Source: Candidatus Aminicenantes bacterium (GTDB taxonomy: Bacteria; Acidobacteriota; Aminicenantia; Aminicenantales; UBA4085). From it: a stretch of DNA of 50,383 nt. The notes under the pieces are model-generated. The model was not told where the DNA came from. It searched no databases and worked only from the letters and a program-made list of their open reading frames with translations. Numbering within the stretch: position 1 is the stretch's first letter; each line of letters opens with the position of its first letter. This document shows, one piece after another, positions 27,113 to 36,588 of this stretch. The DNA lies in NCBI GenBank assembly GCA_026393865.1, contig JAPKZI010000233.1, positions 1 through 50,383 on the forward strand, read 5' to 3'. The position numbers and the translations under genes are program-made.

Positions 27113-29377
27113 ATGAAAAAAGAAGCCATCATCGAAGACCCTTATCTCGAATATATCGACCTCGCGAACATCGGAGGAGACCAAGCCGCCGCTCCCCCCT
27201 TGCCGCAGCCGGCCCAGCCTAAGCCGGGCGAATTCAAACTCATCGGAAAATACACCCCCCGCGTCGACGGCCGGAAGATCGTCACGGGCGAGGCCCTCTA
27301 CACACACGACCTGGTCTTCGAGGGGATGCTCATCGCCAAGATCCTCCGCTCACCACACGCCAGCGCCGACGTCGTCTCGGTCGACCTTGGCCCGGCTTTA
27401 AGTTATCCCGGCGTGAAGGCCGCCTTGAAGCTCAAAGACGGCCGGGTCAAGTGGGCCGGCGAGCCGATTGCCGCCGTAGCGGCCGTGGACGAGAGGACGG
27501 CCGAAGAATCCCTCAAGCTCATCAAGGTTGAATACAAGGTCCTCCCCCATGTCGTTTCCGTCGACAAGGCCATGGCCCAAGGAGCGCCGCTCGTCCAGAA
27601 CGAGGGCAACGTGGCGAAGTCCAATGAATACACGCGCGGCGACGCCGAAAAGGGATTCAAGGAGGCGGACGTCATTTTCGAACAGACCTACAAAACGTCC
27701 TGGGAGGTCCATCAGCCGACCGAGACGCACGGCAGCCTGGCCAAGTGGGACGGCGACAACCTGACGGTTTGGGATTCGACGCAGGCCATCCAGTCCGTCC
27801 GCGACGGTCTGGCCCGCAGTCTCGCCATGCCGGCGAGCCGGATCAAAGTCATCAAGCACTATATGGGCGGCGGTTTCGGCAGCAAGCTCGGCGTCAATGA
27901 TCATACGATCATCGCCGCCCGGATGGCCAAGGAGACCGGCCGCCCGGTCAAGATCCTGCTGACCCGGCAGGAGAACTCCGATTGCGTCGGATACAGGCCC
28001 ACGGCCTGGATGACGGTCAGGGCCGGCGCCAAGAAAGACGGCACGCTGACCGCCCTCACTCTGAAGAACTACAACTGCGGCGGTATCGGCCGAGGCGACC
28101 GCTGCTCCGAGCCGTTCACGGACGTTTATAAATGCGCCAACGTCAAGGTCGAGGAATACGCGGTCTTCGTCAACACCTGCGGCTCGCGGGCCACGCGCGC
28201 TCCCGGCCACACCCAGGCCACGTTCGGCCTGGAGGGATTCATGGAGGAGCTGGCGGCCAGGCTCAGCCTGGACCCGCTCGAGCTCCGCTTGAAGAACTAT
28301 TCGACCAAGGACAAGGGCGACACGGGCACGCCCTATTCGACCAAAGGGCTTGAGCAATGCTATAAGCTCGGCGCGGAGAAGATCGGCTGGTCCCGGCGCA
28401 ACAAGAAGCCCGGCGCGGGGAATGGCACGGTCCGGACAGGCCTCGGTATGGCCAGCCAGATCTGGCCTGGAGCCGGCGTGCCCGGAACGCTGGCTGATGT
28501 GAAGCTCTATAATGACGGGAGCGTCGAGGTCGACTGCGGGACGCAGGATATCGGTACCGGCACGCGGACGCACATCGCGATCGTGGCCGCCGAGACGCTG
28601 GGCCTCGAGCCGCGGGATATCTCCGTCCACATCGGGAACTCCGATCTACCCTGGGCCCCCATTTCGGGCGGCAGCTTGACCGTGCCATCGGTCGCCCCGG
28701 CGGTCCGCGACGCGGCGCTCAAGGCCGCCGAATATCTCAAAGGCCTGGCGGCCAAAAAACTCAACGTCGCCCCGGCCGAGATCGTCCTAGAGGACAAGAA
28801 GGCCGTCTCCAAGACCGATCCCGGCAAATCCATCGACCTCAAGGAGCTCGCCCGGACGATCCCAAGGCCCATGCCCTTCCACGGTGAGCGGGCGAACATG
28901 ACCCCCGGATTCGCCTACCAGACCTTCGGCGCGCATTTCGCCGAGGTCGAGGTGGACACGGAGACCGGAAAGATCAAGGTCAAGAAGGTCGTCGCGGCCC
29001 ATGACATCGGCCGGGTGCTCAACCGCCAAACCGCGGAAAGCCAGGTCATCGGCGCCATCACCCAGGGGATGAGCGCAGCCCTCTTTGAAGAGAAGATCAT
29101 GGACCCGGAGACGGGGACCATGCTCAATCCCAACCTTCACGATTACAAGGTCGCTACGGCGATGGACATTCCGGAGATCGTCCCGATCTTCGCCGACGTC
29201 ATCGACGACCGCCTGAACAATTTGGGGACAAAAGGCTTGGGCGAGCCGCCGCGCATCCCCGCCTCGGCCGTCATCGCCAACGCCGTCTTCAACGCCATCG
29301 GCGTCCATGTCCGGGAGATCCCCATGACCCCGGCCCGGGTCCTGGCCGCCCTCAAGAGAAAGGAGGCCGGGAAATGA
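27113..29377 (+). CDS. Xanthine dehydrogenase-family molybdopterin-binding subunit (PaoC/YagR-like)
   Basis: LRSPHA, MGGGFGSK, RAPG, QDIGTGT, AHFAEVEVD.ETG, KGLGEP, NAVFNAIG, PMTP. Confidence 0.93.
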   Translation: MKKEAIIEDPYLEYIDLANIGGDQAAAPPLPQPAQPKPGEFKLIGKYTPRVDGRKIVTGEALYTHDLVFEGMLIAKILRSPHASADVVSVDLGPALSYPGVKAALKLKDGRVKWAGEPIAAVAAVDERTAEESLKLIKVEYKVLPHVVSVDKAMAQGAPLVQNEGNVAKSNEYTRGDAEKGFKEADVIFEQTYKTSWEVHQPTETHGSLAKWDGDNLTVWDSTQAIQSVRDGLARSLAMPASRIKVIKHYMGGGFGSKLGVNDHTIIAARMAKETGRPVKILLTRQENSDCVGYRPTAWMTVRAGAKKDGTLTALTLKNYNCGGIGRGDRCSEPFTDVYKCANVKVEEYAVFVNTCGSRATRAPGHTQATFGLEGFMEELAARLSLDPLELRLKNYSTKDKGDTGTPYSTKGLEQCYKLGAEKIGWSRRNKKPGAGNGTVRTGLGMASQIWPGAGVPGTLADVKLYNDGSVEVDCGTQDIGTGTRTHIAIVAAETLGLEPRDISVHIGNSDLPWAPISGGSLTVPSVAPAVRDAALKAAEYLKGLAAKKLNVAPAEIVLEDKKAVSKTDPGKSIDLKELARTIPRPMPFHGERANMTPGFAYQTFGAHFAEVEVDTETGKIKVKKVVAAHDIGRVLNRQTAESQVIGAITQGMSAALFEEKIMDPETGTMLNPNLHDYKVATAMDIPEIVPIFADVIDDRLNNLGTKGLGEPPRIPASAVIANAVFNAIGVHVREIPMTPARVLAALKRKEAGK

Positions 29378-30351
29378 AGAACTTCCAGTACGGAAAACCG
29401 GCCTCCCTCGAACAGGCGGCGGCCTTCCTGGGCCCGGGCGATCCGAACGTCTTCGTCATGGGCGGAGGCACCGACCTTCTCGGCGAGATCAAGGAAGGTC
29501 TCGTCGAGCCCGCCGTCGTCATCGATCTCAAGGCCGTTCCCGGTCTCGCCTATATCAAGAAAGACAAAGACGGCGTCGCCATCGGAGCTTTAACCACCAT
29601 CGCCGACCTGGCTGAAGACCCGGGGATCCAAAAGGACTATCGGGTCCTCCACGAAGCGGCCGCGGTCGTCGCCTCGCCCCAACTCCGGAACGTGGGCACG
29701 GTCGGCGGGAATCTCTGCCAGCGGCCGCGGTGCTGGTATTACCGGGACGCGCGGATTGTCTGTAATAAGAAGGGCGGCGTCAAATGTTATGCGGAAAAAG
29801 GGCGCAACAAATACCACGCCGTGTTCGCCGGCGGGCTCTGCTGGGCCGTATATCCCTCCGACCTGGCCCCGGCCCTTATCGCCCTGGACGCGAAAGCCGT
29901 GATCCTATCGGCCAAGGGTGAGCGAACCGTCCCGCTGGCCGAGTTCTATATGCCCCCGATCGTCAACGTCCGGAAAGAGAACGTCTTGAACGGACAGGAG
30001 ATCGTCAAGGAGGTCCGCGTTCCCCAGGCCAAGGCCAACGAGAAGAGCGCTTATCTGAAATTCATCGAGCGGGGTTCGTGGGATTTCGCCGTCGTGTCGG
30101 CCGCGGTCAAAGCCGTCCTGTCCGGGACGACGATCGAGAATATCCGCATCGTCTGCGGCGGCGTCGCGCCCGTCCCCTGGCGGATGACGAAGGCCGAGGA
30201 GGCCCTCAAAGGCCGGAAAGCGACGGAGGCCGCCGCGCGCCAGGCCGCGAAAAGTGCGCTGAAAGACGCTTCTCCGCTCGCGGAGAACGGCTACAAAATC
30301 GAGCTGCTGGAAACGATCATCGCCCGGGCGGTGGGTTCGCTGGGCAAGTAA
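29374..30351 (+). CDS. Xanthine dehydrogenase-family FAD subunit with [4Fe-4S] insert (PaoB/YagS-like)
   Basis: GGGTDL, SPQLRNVGTVGGNLCQRPRCWYYR..C.KKGG..C, PSDLAPAL, GGVAPVPWR. Confidence 0.92.
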   Translation: MKNFQYGKPASLEQAAAFLGPGDPNVFVMGGGTDLLGEIKEGLVEPAVVIDLKAVPGLAYIKKDKDGVAIGALTTIADLAEDPGIQKDYRVLHEAAAVVASPQLRNVGTVGGNLCQRPRCWYYRDARIVCNKKGGVKCYAEKGRNKYHAVFAGGLCWAVYPSDLAPALIALDAKAVILSAKGERTVPLAEFYMPPIVNVRKENVLNGQEIVKEVRVPQAKANEKSAYLKFIERGSWDFAVVSAAVKAVLSGTTIENIRIVCGGVAPVPWRMTKAEEALKGRKATEAAARQAAKSALKDASPLAENGYKIELLETIIARAVGSLGK

Positions 30352-30373
30352 ACGTTAACTTATAGATTCGGTA

Positions 30374-30500
30374 GGTTGCGGAGGCGCAGGGGTCGCCCCC
30401 GGCTCGCTGGGGAACCAGTCCCGTCGGTTCCCCCCATCGCAAGCGATGGGACCCCCCTCCGCTATGCTCGCCTCAGGGCAACTCCTGCGCCTCCGCAACC
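30374..30500. repeat. Structured repeat family B, copy 2 (inverted)
   Basis: 17-bp perfect terminal IR GGTTGCGGAGGCGCAGG/CCTGCGCCTCCGCAACC around the same core as 16880-17002. Confidence 0.88.
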
Positions 30501-30523
30501 GGCGACCGGATAAAGGAGATGAG

Positions 30524-31663
30524 ATGAAATCACGACATTTCCTAAGAATATCGGCCACGTTTATCGCCGTGTTTCTCCTCACCGGCTTGGCTGGAGCTCA
30601 GGCGCCGCCGCGGTTCTTCGACACGGCGGTCGTGCCGGCCGATACGACGCGACTCGCCATCTGCTATCCGTCGAAGGGAACACTCCAGGACATCCTCGCG
30701 CTCAAGGAACAAGGGCTGCTTCCCGCCGGAAATTTCGAAATCGTCGGCATCTATCACGCCAAAGAGCGGACGAATTACAGGGAAGCCCGAAAGTTCGTCC
30801 TCGATGAGAAAATCGATTGGATCCATTTCCACGAGATCACGGCTGAAATCGGTCCGGCCGATCTTTACAAGACGAACGCCGCCTCTAAGGAATTCTCCGA
30901 CATCGTCCGGAAGTCGGATGGGCTGATCTTCTTCGGCGGCCCCGATATACCGCCCGCCGCCTATGGAGAGAAGACGAGCCTGCTGACCGTGATCATGGAT
31001 CCCCAACGTCACTATCTGGAGCTCTCGCTCGTCTTCCATCTTCTCGGAGGCGCGCAAGACACATCGTTCAAGGGCTTGCTCGAAGAACGGCCGAACTTTC
31101 CGGTGCTCGGCATCTGCCTCGGGATGCAGACCTTGAACGCGGGGACGGGCGGGACCCTCGTCCAGGACGTTTGGACGGACATTTACGGCAAAAAATACGT
31201 CGAGGACGTTATCGCCATGGGCCAGCCGAACTGGCATACCAACCCTTGGCGCAAGCTCCACCCGGAGACGCGGGAGCTGCTCGCTTATATGCTCCATCCC
31301 ATTCAATTCTCCCCGGGCAGCAAGTTTCTCGCCGAGATGGGTTTCACACCCGCCGATCAGCCCTATATCATGAGCGCCCATCACCAGGCCGCAAGCCGGA
31401 TCGGCCGAGGCCTGAAGATCGCGGCGGCTTCGCTCGACGGCAAGGTCGTCGAGGCCGTGGAACATACGAAATACCGGAATGTTCTAGGCGTCCAGTTCCA
31501 TCCGGAGTTTTCCATGCTATGGGATACGGAGCAGAAACATAAGTTCACCCCCGCCGACCAGGAGCTTATCGCCATCAACGGGTTCCTGAAGGCCCACCCC
31601 CCGAGCCTCGAGTTCCACAAAAGACTGTGGGAGTGGTTTTTTAACCTGGTTAAAAAACCATAA
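30524..31663 (+). CDS. Peptidase C26 / gamma-glutamyl-GABA hydrolase-like class I glutamine amidotransferase with signal peptide
   Basis: AAGGAG SD; FFGGPDIPP..YGE, VLGICLGMQ.LN..GGTL.QD, SAHHQA, DGKVVEAVE, GVQFHPE. Confidence 0.85.
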   Translation: MKSRHFLRISATFIAVFLLTGLAGAQAPPRFFDTAVVPADTTRLAICYPSKGTLQDILALKEQGLLPAGNFEIVGIYHAKERTNYREARKFVLDEKIDWIHFHEITAEIGPADLYKTNAASKEFSDIVRKSDGLIFFGGPDIPPAAYGEKTSLLTVIMDPQRHYLELSLVFHLLGGAQDTSFKGLLEERPNFPVLGICLGMQTLNAGTGGTLVQDVWTDIYGKKYVEDVIAMGQPNWHTNPWRKLHPETRELLAYMLHPIQFSPGSKFLAEMGFTPADQPYIMSAHHQAASRIGRGLKIAAASLDGKVVEAVEHTKYRNVLGVQFHPEFSMLWDTEQKHKFTPADQELIAINGFLKAHPPSLEFHKRLWEWFFNLVKKP

Positions 31664-31671
31664 AATGAAGT

Positions 31672-31713
31672 GGGGACATATTCCAAATTCTCTTGAATTT
31701 GGTACGTGTCCCC
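31672..31713. repeat. Family D palindrome (42 bp)
   Basis: GGGGACATATTCCAAATTC-tctt-GAATTTGGTACGTGTCCCC. Confidence 0.75.
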
Positions 31714-31723
31714 GTTTTGTAGG

Positions 31724-31752
31724 TTGACAATTCGCGACCCTGATTGTATAGT
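31724..31752 (+). promoter_or_regulatory. Near-consensus sigma70 promoter
   Basis: TTGACA-17-TATAGT. Confidence 0.75.
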
Positions 31753-31784
31753 ATTCCTATAAAGTTTATGAAAGGAGCGCACTC

Positions 31785-31847
31785 ATGACACGGTACATGG
31801 TCCCGCGCGTCAGCCATTGCAAGAGCGGCTGCCAACGACCCTCCTGA
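31785..31847 (+). CDS. Putative 20-aa peptide MTRYMVPRVSHCKSGCQRPS
   Basis: AAAGGAG SD 7 nt upstream, strong promoter before it and a terminator after it. No homology evidence is available. Confidence 0.45.
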   Translation: MTRYMVPRVSHCKSGCQRPS

Positions 31848-31865
31848 GCATGAGGTGAAACGGCT

Positions 31866-31967
31866 CGACGGCGGCCGGGGCCCCGGGCATTGCCCGGGGG
31901 TCAACTTCCGCCGTACTCGCCCGTGGATACAACCCACGGGCGAGTGGCGAGCCGAAGGCTCGTCCCT
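31866..31967. repeat. Structured repeat family C, copy 2 (inverted)
   Basis: Reverse complement of 17062-17162 with about 5 differences. Confidence 0.9.
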
Positions 31968-31988
31968 CGACAACGGAACTTTTGCTGG

Positions 31989-32023
31989 CTCTCCGGCCGT
32001 CCCGGCCGGAGGGCTTTTTTTTT
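31989..32023 (+). terminator. Intrinsic terminator
   Basis: GC stem CTCTCCGGCCG/CGGCCGGAGGG followed by T9. Confidence 0.8.
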
Positions 32024-32122
32024 GACAAGCGCCGCCCCTTTGATATATATCATCCCCGAAGAAGAGAGTGGGCATCCATTCGATCCGTCTCTCGTTTCCG
32101 AATTCTCATCGGGGAGGTATCC

Positions 32123-35100
32123 GTGTCTAGCAAGCATCCGTGGTTCTCCGGTCTTTTGGCCCTCGGGGCGATCCTGGCCCTGGCCGGCCCTTCCGGCCTG
32201 AGCCAGACCAAACCCGCCGCCCAGAAGGCGGCGCCGGCCGTCAAGGCCGAGGAGTTCGACTACGCGGCCGTCCTCCGGACGTTCCGCATCCGCAACATCG
32301 GCCCGGCCAATATGGGCGGCCGGACGGTCGATTTCGCCGTCCCGGACCGAAACACATCCATCATCTACGCCGCGGTCGGCCCGAGCGGACTCTGGAAGTC
32401 CTCGAATACCGGCATCACTTGGGAGCCCTCCTTCGTCAACGAGGGCTCGGTTTCGGTCGGCGCCGTGGCCGTGGCCCAGAGCGCGCCCGATATCGTCTGG
32501 GTCGGCTCGGGCGAATCGACGGCCCGCAACTCGGTGGCCCCCGGCGACGGCGTCTATAAGTCCGAGGACGCCGGCCGGACCTGGAGGAACATGGGCCTCG
32601 CCGAGACGCGGTTCATCGCCCGGATCTGCGTCGATCCGATGAATCCCGACGTCGTCTTCGCCGCTTCCCAGGGCCATCTGTGGGGCCCGAACGAAGAGCG
32701 CGGCGTCTACCGGACGGCCGATGGGGGCAAATCCTGGAAGAAGGTTCTCTATATCGACAAGGACACCGGCTGCTCGGACCTGGCCATGGACCCCTCCAAT
32801 CCCAAGATCCTTTATGCCGGAATGTGGAAATACCGCCGCAGCCCATATTATTTCACCAGCGGCGGGGAAACGAGCGGGCTGTTCAAGACGGCCGACGGCG
32901 GAGAGACCTGGCAGAAGCAGGCCGGCGGCCTCCCGGGCGGCGTCATCGGCCGGATCGGCGTGGACATCTGCCGGTCCAAACCCAACGTCGTCTACACCCT
33001 CATCGAGCACGCCACGGACGCCGGCCTCTACCGCACGGACAACAAGGGCGAGACTTGGGTCCGCATGTGCGACAAGCGGACCTATGACCGGACCAACTTC
33101 CGGCCGTTTTATTACAGCCGGCTGACCGCCGACCCCAACAACGAGCTGGTCGTTTATGTTTATTCCGGTTCGTCCTACGTCTCCCGGGACGGCGGCCGGA
33201 CCTACGACTCGATCGGCCGGGGGACGCACTCCGACCACCACGCCCTCTGGGTCGATCCGTTCAACTCCAGCCACATCATCGACGGCAACGACGGCGGGAT
33301 CGATGTCTCCTGGGACGGCGGCCGGACCTATCACACCGTCCAGTCCCGCGCCTGGGCCGAGATCTACAACTTGACCTACGACATGCGCGATCCCTATTGG
33401 GTCAATATCGGCCTCCAGGATAACGGCAACTGGGAAGGGCCATCCAGCTCCCGCGACCGGAGCGGGATCCTGAACCAGTACTGGTACGCCACCGGCGGAG
33501 GCGACGGCTTCTATGCCCAGATCGATCCCACGGACTGGACGATCCTTTATCGCAATCTCCAGATGGGGGGCATCGAGCGCCACGACCTCCGGACGTTCCT
33601 GTCCCAGGGGATCAAGCCCCAAGCTCCGCTCGGCGAGGAACCCTACCGGTTCAACTGGAACTCGCCCATTTACCTCTCGCCCCACGACCATAATGTCCTC
33701 TATTTCGGCGGCAACTGCCTCTTCCGGTCGCGGGACAAGGGGCGGTCATGGGAGAAGGCCGGTCCGGACCTGACCACCAACGATCCGAAGAAGAAAATCG
33801 ACTCGGGCGGGCCGATCACGATCGACAACACCGGCGCCGAGATCCACTGCACGATCCTGTCCATTTCGGAATCGCCGCTCAAGAAAGGCACGATCTGGGT
33901 CGGCACCGACGACGGCCTGGTCCAGGTCACCCGGGACGACGGAAGGACCTGGGACAACGTGACCAAGGCCATTAAAGGGCTCGGACCCGACGATAACTGG
34001 GTGACGCGCGTCGAGGCTTCCCGCTTCGGCGAGGGCGCGGCTTACATCTCGATCTCGCGGCACCAGGTGGACGATTATAAGCCTTACATCTTCAAGACCG
34101 AGGACTTCGGCAAGACCTGGACTTCCCTGGCTTCGAACCTGCCCGCCTACGGTTACATCCACGTCGTCCGCGAGGACCTCGAAAATCCAGCCCTCCTCTT
34201 CGCAGGCTCGGAGTTCGGGCTCTTCTTCAGCTTCGACGGGGGCAAGAAATGGATCCCTTATAAGACGGATTTCCCGACCATCGCCGTCCGCGACATCCAG
34301 GTCCACCCGCGGGAACGAGACCTCATCGTCGGGACGCACGGCCGCGGCGTCTGGATCATGGACGACATCCGGCCGCTGGAGAAGCTCACGGCCGAGACGG
34401 TCAAGGCCGAGAATGCGCTGTTCGATGTCCGGAACGCGACAATCCACGGGATGAAAAGCACTTCGGACGTCGACACCAACGATTTCGCCGGGGTGAATCC
34501 CGCCTTCGGAGCCACCATCAACTATTATTTGAACCCGGCCGCGGCCAAGGAGGCCAAGCTGAAGCTCACCATCCGGGACAAGTCCGGCAAGGACATCCGC
34601 GCGCTCCAAGCGCCGCTTGCAGCCGGCGTCAATCGCGTCGTCTGGGACCTCCGGCCCGATTCGCCGAGCGGCGCGGCTGGAGGAGGGCAAAGAGGCATGG
34701 CTGGAGGACAGCGCGGCGCGGGCGGCGGACAGGCCGGCGCCTCGACCATCGGCACGCCGTTCGCCTATGGCGGCGGACAACGCGGCGGGGGCGGAGGGTT
34801 CGGCGGAGGCGGGGTCGGGGCCTATGTCGAGGCGGGCGAATACCGGGCCGTCTTCGAAGTCAACGGCAAGACCCAGGAAAAGGCCTTTATGGTGAAGGAC
34901 GAGATCGGGATCCCGCTCGAAGAGAAGAAACTCAACCAGAAGGTCGCCCTCGACGCCGCGCCGGTGACCGCGGCCGCTTCGCGTTTGCTGACCCAGGTCG
35001 AGCAACTGGCCGCTCAGATTCAACAGCTCGAGACGAACCTCGCCTCCGTGCGCGGCGTCGATCCGGTGGTCACGGCCAAGCTCAAGGCGGTGAAGGACAA

Positions 35101-35392
35101 GCTGGGCGAGATCCAGAAGGTCTATTTCCGGACGCCGGAAGGCCAGACCCAGTACCGTCAGCTGTATTTCAACGCCCTCCGCGGCGGGACCATGGCCGAG
35201 GTGGCTATTCGCGGCGGCGGAGCGGGCGGATATCCGGGCGCGCCGACCCAGATGGCCATCGACAAGATCGAGGAGGCCAAAGGCATCCTGGCCCCGCTCC
35301 AGAAGAAGATGGCCGAGCTCCTCGAGACCGATGTCCAGGCCCTGAACAAGCTGCTGGCCGAAAAGGGCATCCCGTTCATCAACATCCGGTAG
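32123..35392 (+). CDS. Exported BNR/Asp-box (VPS10/sortilin-like) beta-propeller glycosyl hydrolase-like protein
   Basis: GGAGG SD then GTG 32123; signal peptide; RNIGPANMGGR; many SxDxGxTW repeats; DLIVGTHGRGVWI; Gly-rich insert; C-terminal coiled coil. Confidence 0.88.
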   Translation: MSSKHPWFSGLLALGAILALAGPSGLSQTKPAAQKAAPAVKAEEFDYAAVLRTFRIRNIGPANMGGRTVDFAVPDRNTSIIYAAVGPSGLWKSSNTGITWEPSFVNEGSVSVGAVAVAQSAPDIVWVGSGESTARNSVAPGDGVYKSEDAGRTWRNMGLAETRFIARICVDPMNPDVVFAASQGHLWGPNEERGVYRTADGGKSWKKVLYIDKDTGCSDLAMDPSNPKILYAGMWKYRRSPYYFTSGGETSGLFKTADGGETWQKQAGGLPGGVIGRIGVDICRSKPNVVYTLIEHATDAGLYRTDNKGETWVRMCDKRTYDRTNFRPFYYSRLTADPNNELVVYVYSGSSYVSRDGGRTYDSIGRGTHSDHHALWVDPFNSSHIIDGNDGGIDVSWDGGRTYHTVQSRAWAEIYNLTYDMRDPYWVNIGLQDNGNWEGPSSSRDRSGILNQYWYATGGGDGFYAQIDPTDWTILYRNLQMGGIERHDLRTFLSQGIKPQAPLGEEPYRFNWNSPIYLSPHDHNVLYFGGNCLFRSRDKGRSWEKAGPDLTTNDPKKKIDSGGPITIDNTGAEIHCTILSISESPLKKGTIWVGTDDGLVQVTRDDGRTWDNVTKAIKGLGPDDNWVTRVEASRFGEGAAYISISRHQVDDYKPYIFKTEDFGKTWTSLASNLPAYGYIHVVREDLENPALLFAGSEFGLFFSFDGGKKWIPYKTDFPTIAVRDIQVHPRERDLIVGTHGRGVWIMDDIRPLEKLTAETVKAENALFDVRNATIHGMKSTSDVDTNDFAGVNPAFGATINYYLNPAAAKEAKLKLTIRDKSGKDIRALQAPLAAGVNRVVWDLRPDSPSGAAGGGQRGMAGGQRGAGGGQAGASTIGTPFAYGGGQRGGGGGFGGGGVGAYVEAGEYRAVFEVNGKTQEKAFMVKDEIGIPLEEKKLNQKVALDAAPVTAAASRLLTQVEQLAAQIQQLETNLASVRGVDPVVTAKLKAVKDKLGEIQKVYFRTPEGQTQYRQLYFNALRGGTMAEVAIRGGGAGGYPGAPTQMAIDKIEEAKGILAPLQKKMAELLETDVQALNKLLAEKGIPFINIR

Positions 35393-35403
35393 CGGTTCGA
35401 AGT

Positions 35404-36501
35404 TCAGCGGAGACGCTTCAGGTCCTTTTTAGCCCCGTCAAGGTTGGGATCCAGCTTCAGAGCGGTCCTCAACGCGTCGACGGCCTCGGCTTTGCGGTTC
35501 ATTTTCTCCAGCGTCTGTCCCAGCCGCCAGTAGGTCTGGGCGTAGGACGAGGTCGATCCGCGGGACGTAAACACCGGCTCCGGTTCCTGAGTCAGGAATT
35601 TGCGGAAATAGCGCTCGGCCCGCTCGAAGTCCTTGCCCTGCTGAAGGACGATGCGGCCGGCCTGAATATAAGGGCTCAGGTTGTCCGGCACGTTCTTCTC
35701 GGCCTGAACGAGCAGGTCCTCGAGGTCAGGCCACCGCTCGAGGCGGGCCAGGTTCTGGGCGATCAGGTCATACGCGGCCACGCGGCCGGGATCGAGGGCC
35801 ATGGCTTCCCTGGCGTATTTTTCGATCAGGGCGAAGTTCCGCTGGCCTCCATAGCCGTAGGACCGGGCCAGCGTGATCAGAGCAATGTATGATCGCGGAT
35901 CCGCCTCGACGGCTTTCTTGTACAATCCCTCCACCCGACTCTCCAGTCTCTCCTCATGGGCGAAGTTGGCTTGGGCGATGTAACCACGCACAGGATCGAA
36001 TCTCACCAGCTCTTCGGCCAGGGCCCGCGCTTTGGCTTTGTTCCCGCCGATGATTCCCGGCGCCTGGCGGAAAAACTCGATGAGAATGATGTGGGCTTCG
36101 ACGTGATCGCCCTTGAGCTCAAGGGCCCTCTCGGCCTCCTTCCGAACCCGGCGGGCCAACCCGATTTTGCGAAATATTCCGGCCCTGAGGACCTGCCGGC
36201 CGTAGATGAACGACAGCAGACAATGGTAGTCGGGGTTTTTGGGGTCGATAGCGAGGGCTTTCTGGGCTAAAGCGAGGGCCCCGTCGTAGTCGCCGGCGAC
36301 CTCTTTATAGCGGCCCAGGAAAAAGAGGGCGCGGTCGTCCTTGGGATTCGTCTGGAGCATCGGCTCGGCCAGGGCCCGGACCTCTTTCCAATGGTCCGCG
36401 TCGGCCAACTCCTGGAGACGATCGGACGCCGCGGCCGCCGACGCGACTAGAAGAACGGATCCGAGAACAAGGCTCAAGGATCTCAGGGACATGACTTTCA
36501 T
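35404..36501 (-). CDS. Exported tetratricopeptide-repeat protein
   Basis: Signal peptide; repeated A..ALxLDP TPR patterns; APGIIGGNKAKA. Confidence 0.8.
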   Translation of the reverse strand: MKVMSLRSLSLVLGSVLLVASAAAASDRLQELADADHWKEVRALAEPMLQTNPKDDRALFFLGRYKEVAGDYDGALALAQKALAIDPKNPDYHCLLSFIYGRQVLRAGIFRKIGLARRVRKEAERALELKGDHVEAHIILIEFFRQAPGIIGGNKAKARALAEELVRFDPVRGYIAQANFAHEERLESRVEGLYKKAVEADPRSYIALITLARSYGYGGQRNFALIEKYAREAMALDPGRVAAYDLIAQNLARLERWPDLEDLLVQAEKNVPDNLSPYIQAGRIVLQQGKDFERAERYFRKFLTQEPEPVFTSRGSTSSYAQTYWRLGQTLEKMNRKAEAVDALRTALKLDPNLDGAKKDLKRLR

Positions 36502-36588
36502 GCGTTCACGCTCATCCTGTCGACGGAATGATGGTTCGAGGGAAAACGATGATAATTTCAACCGCGATCAAAGTCAACTTGGCAACGA

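Noticed and set aside
13735-31663. A single polyamine pathway linking the SpeE fusion, the Pao-like oxidoreductase and the PuuD-like hydrolase
   Set aside because: The genes are far apart in separate transcription units, and the latter two appear exported, so there is no direct evidence of a link.
31845-31853. Selenocysteine read-through of TGA-GCA-TGA after the 20-aa ORF
   Set aside because: The downstream frame is just family C repeat sequence with no protein-like character, and no convincing SECIS is present.
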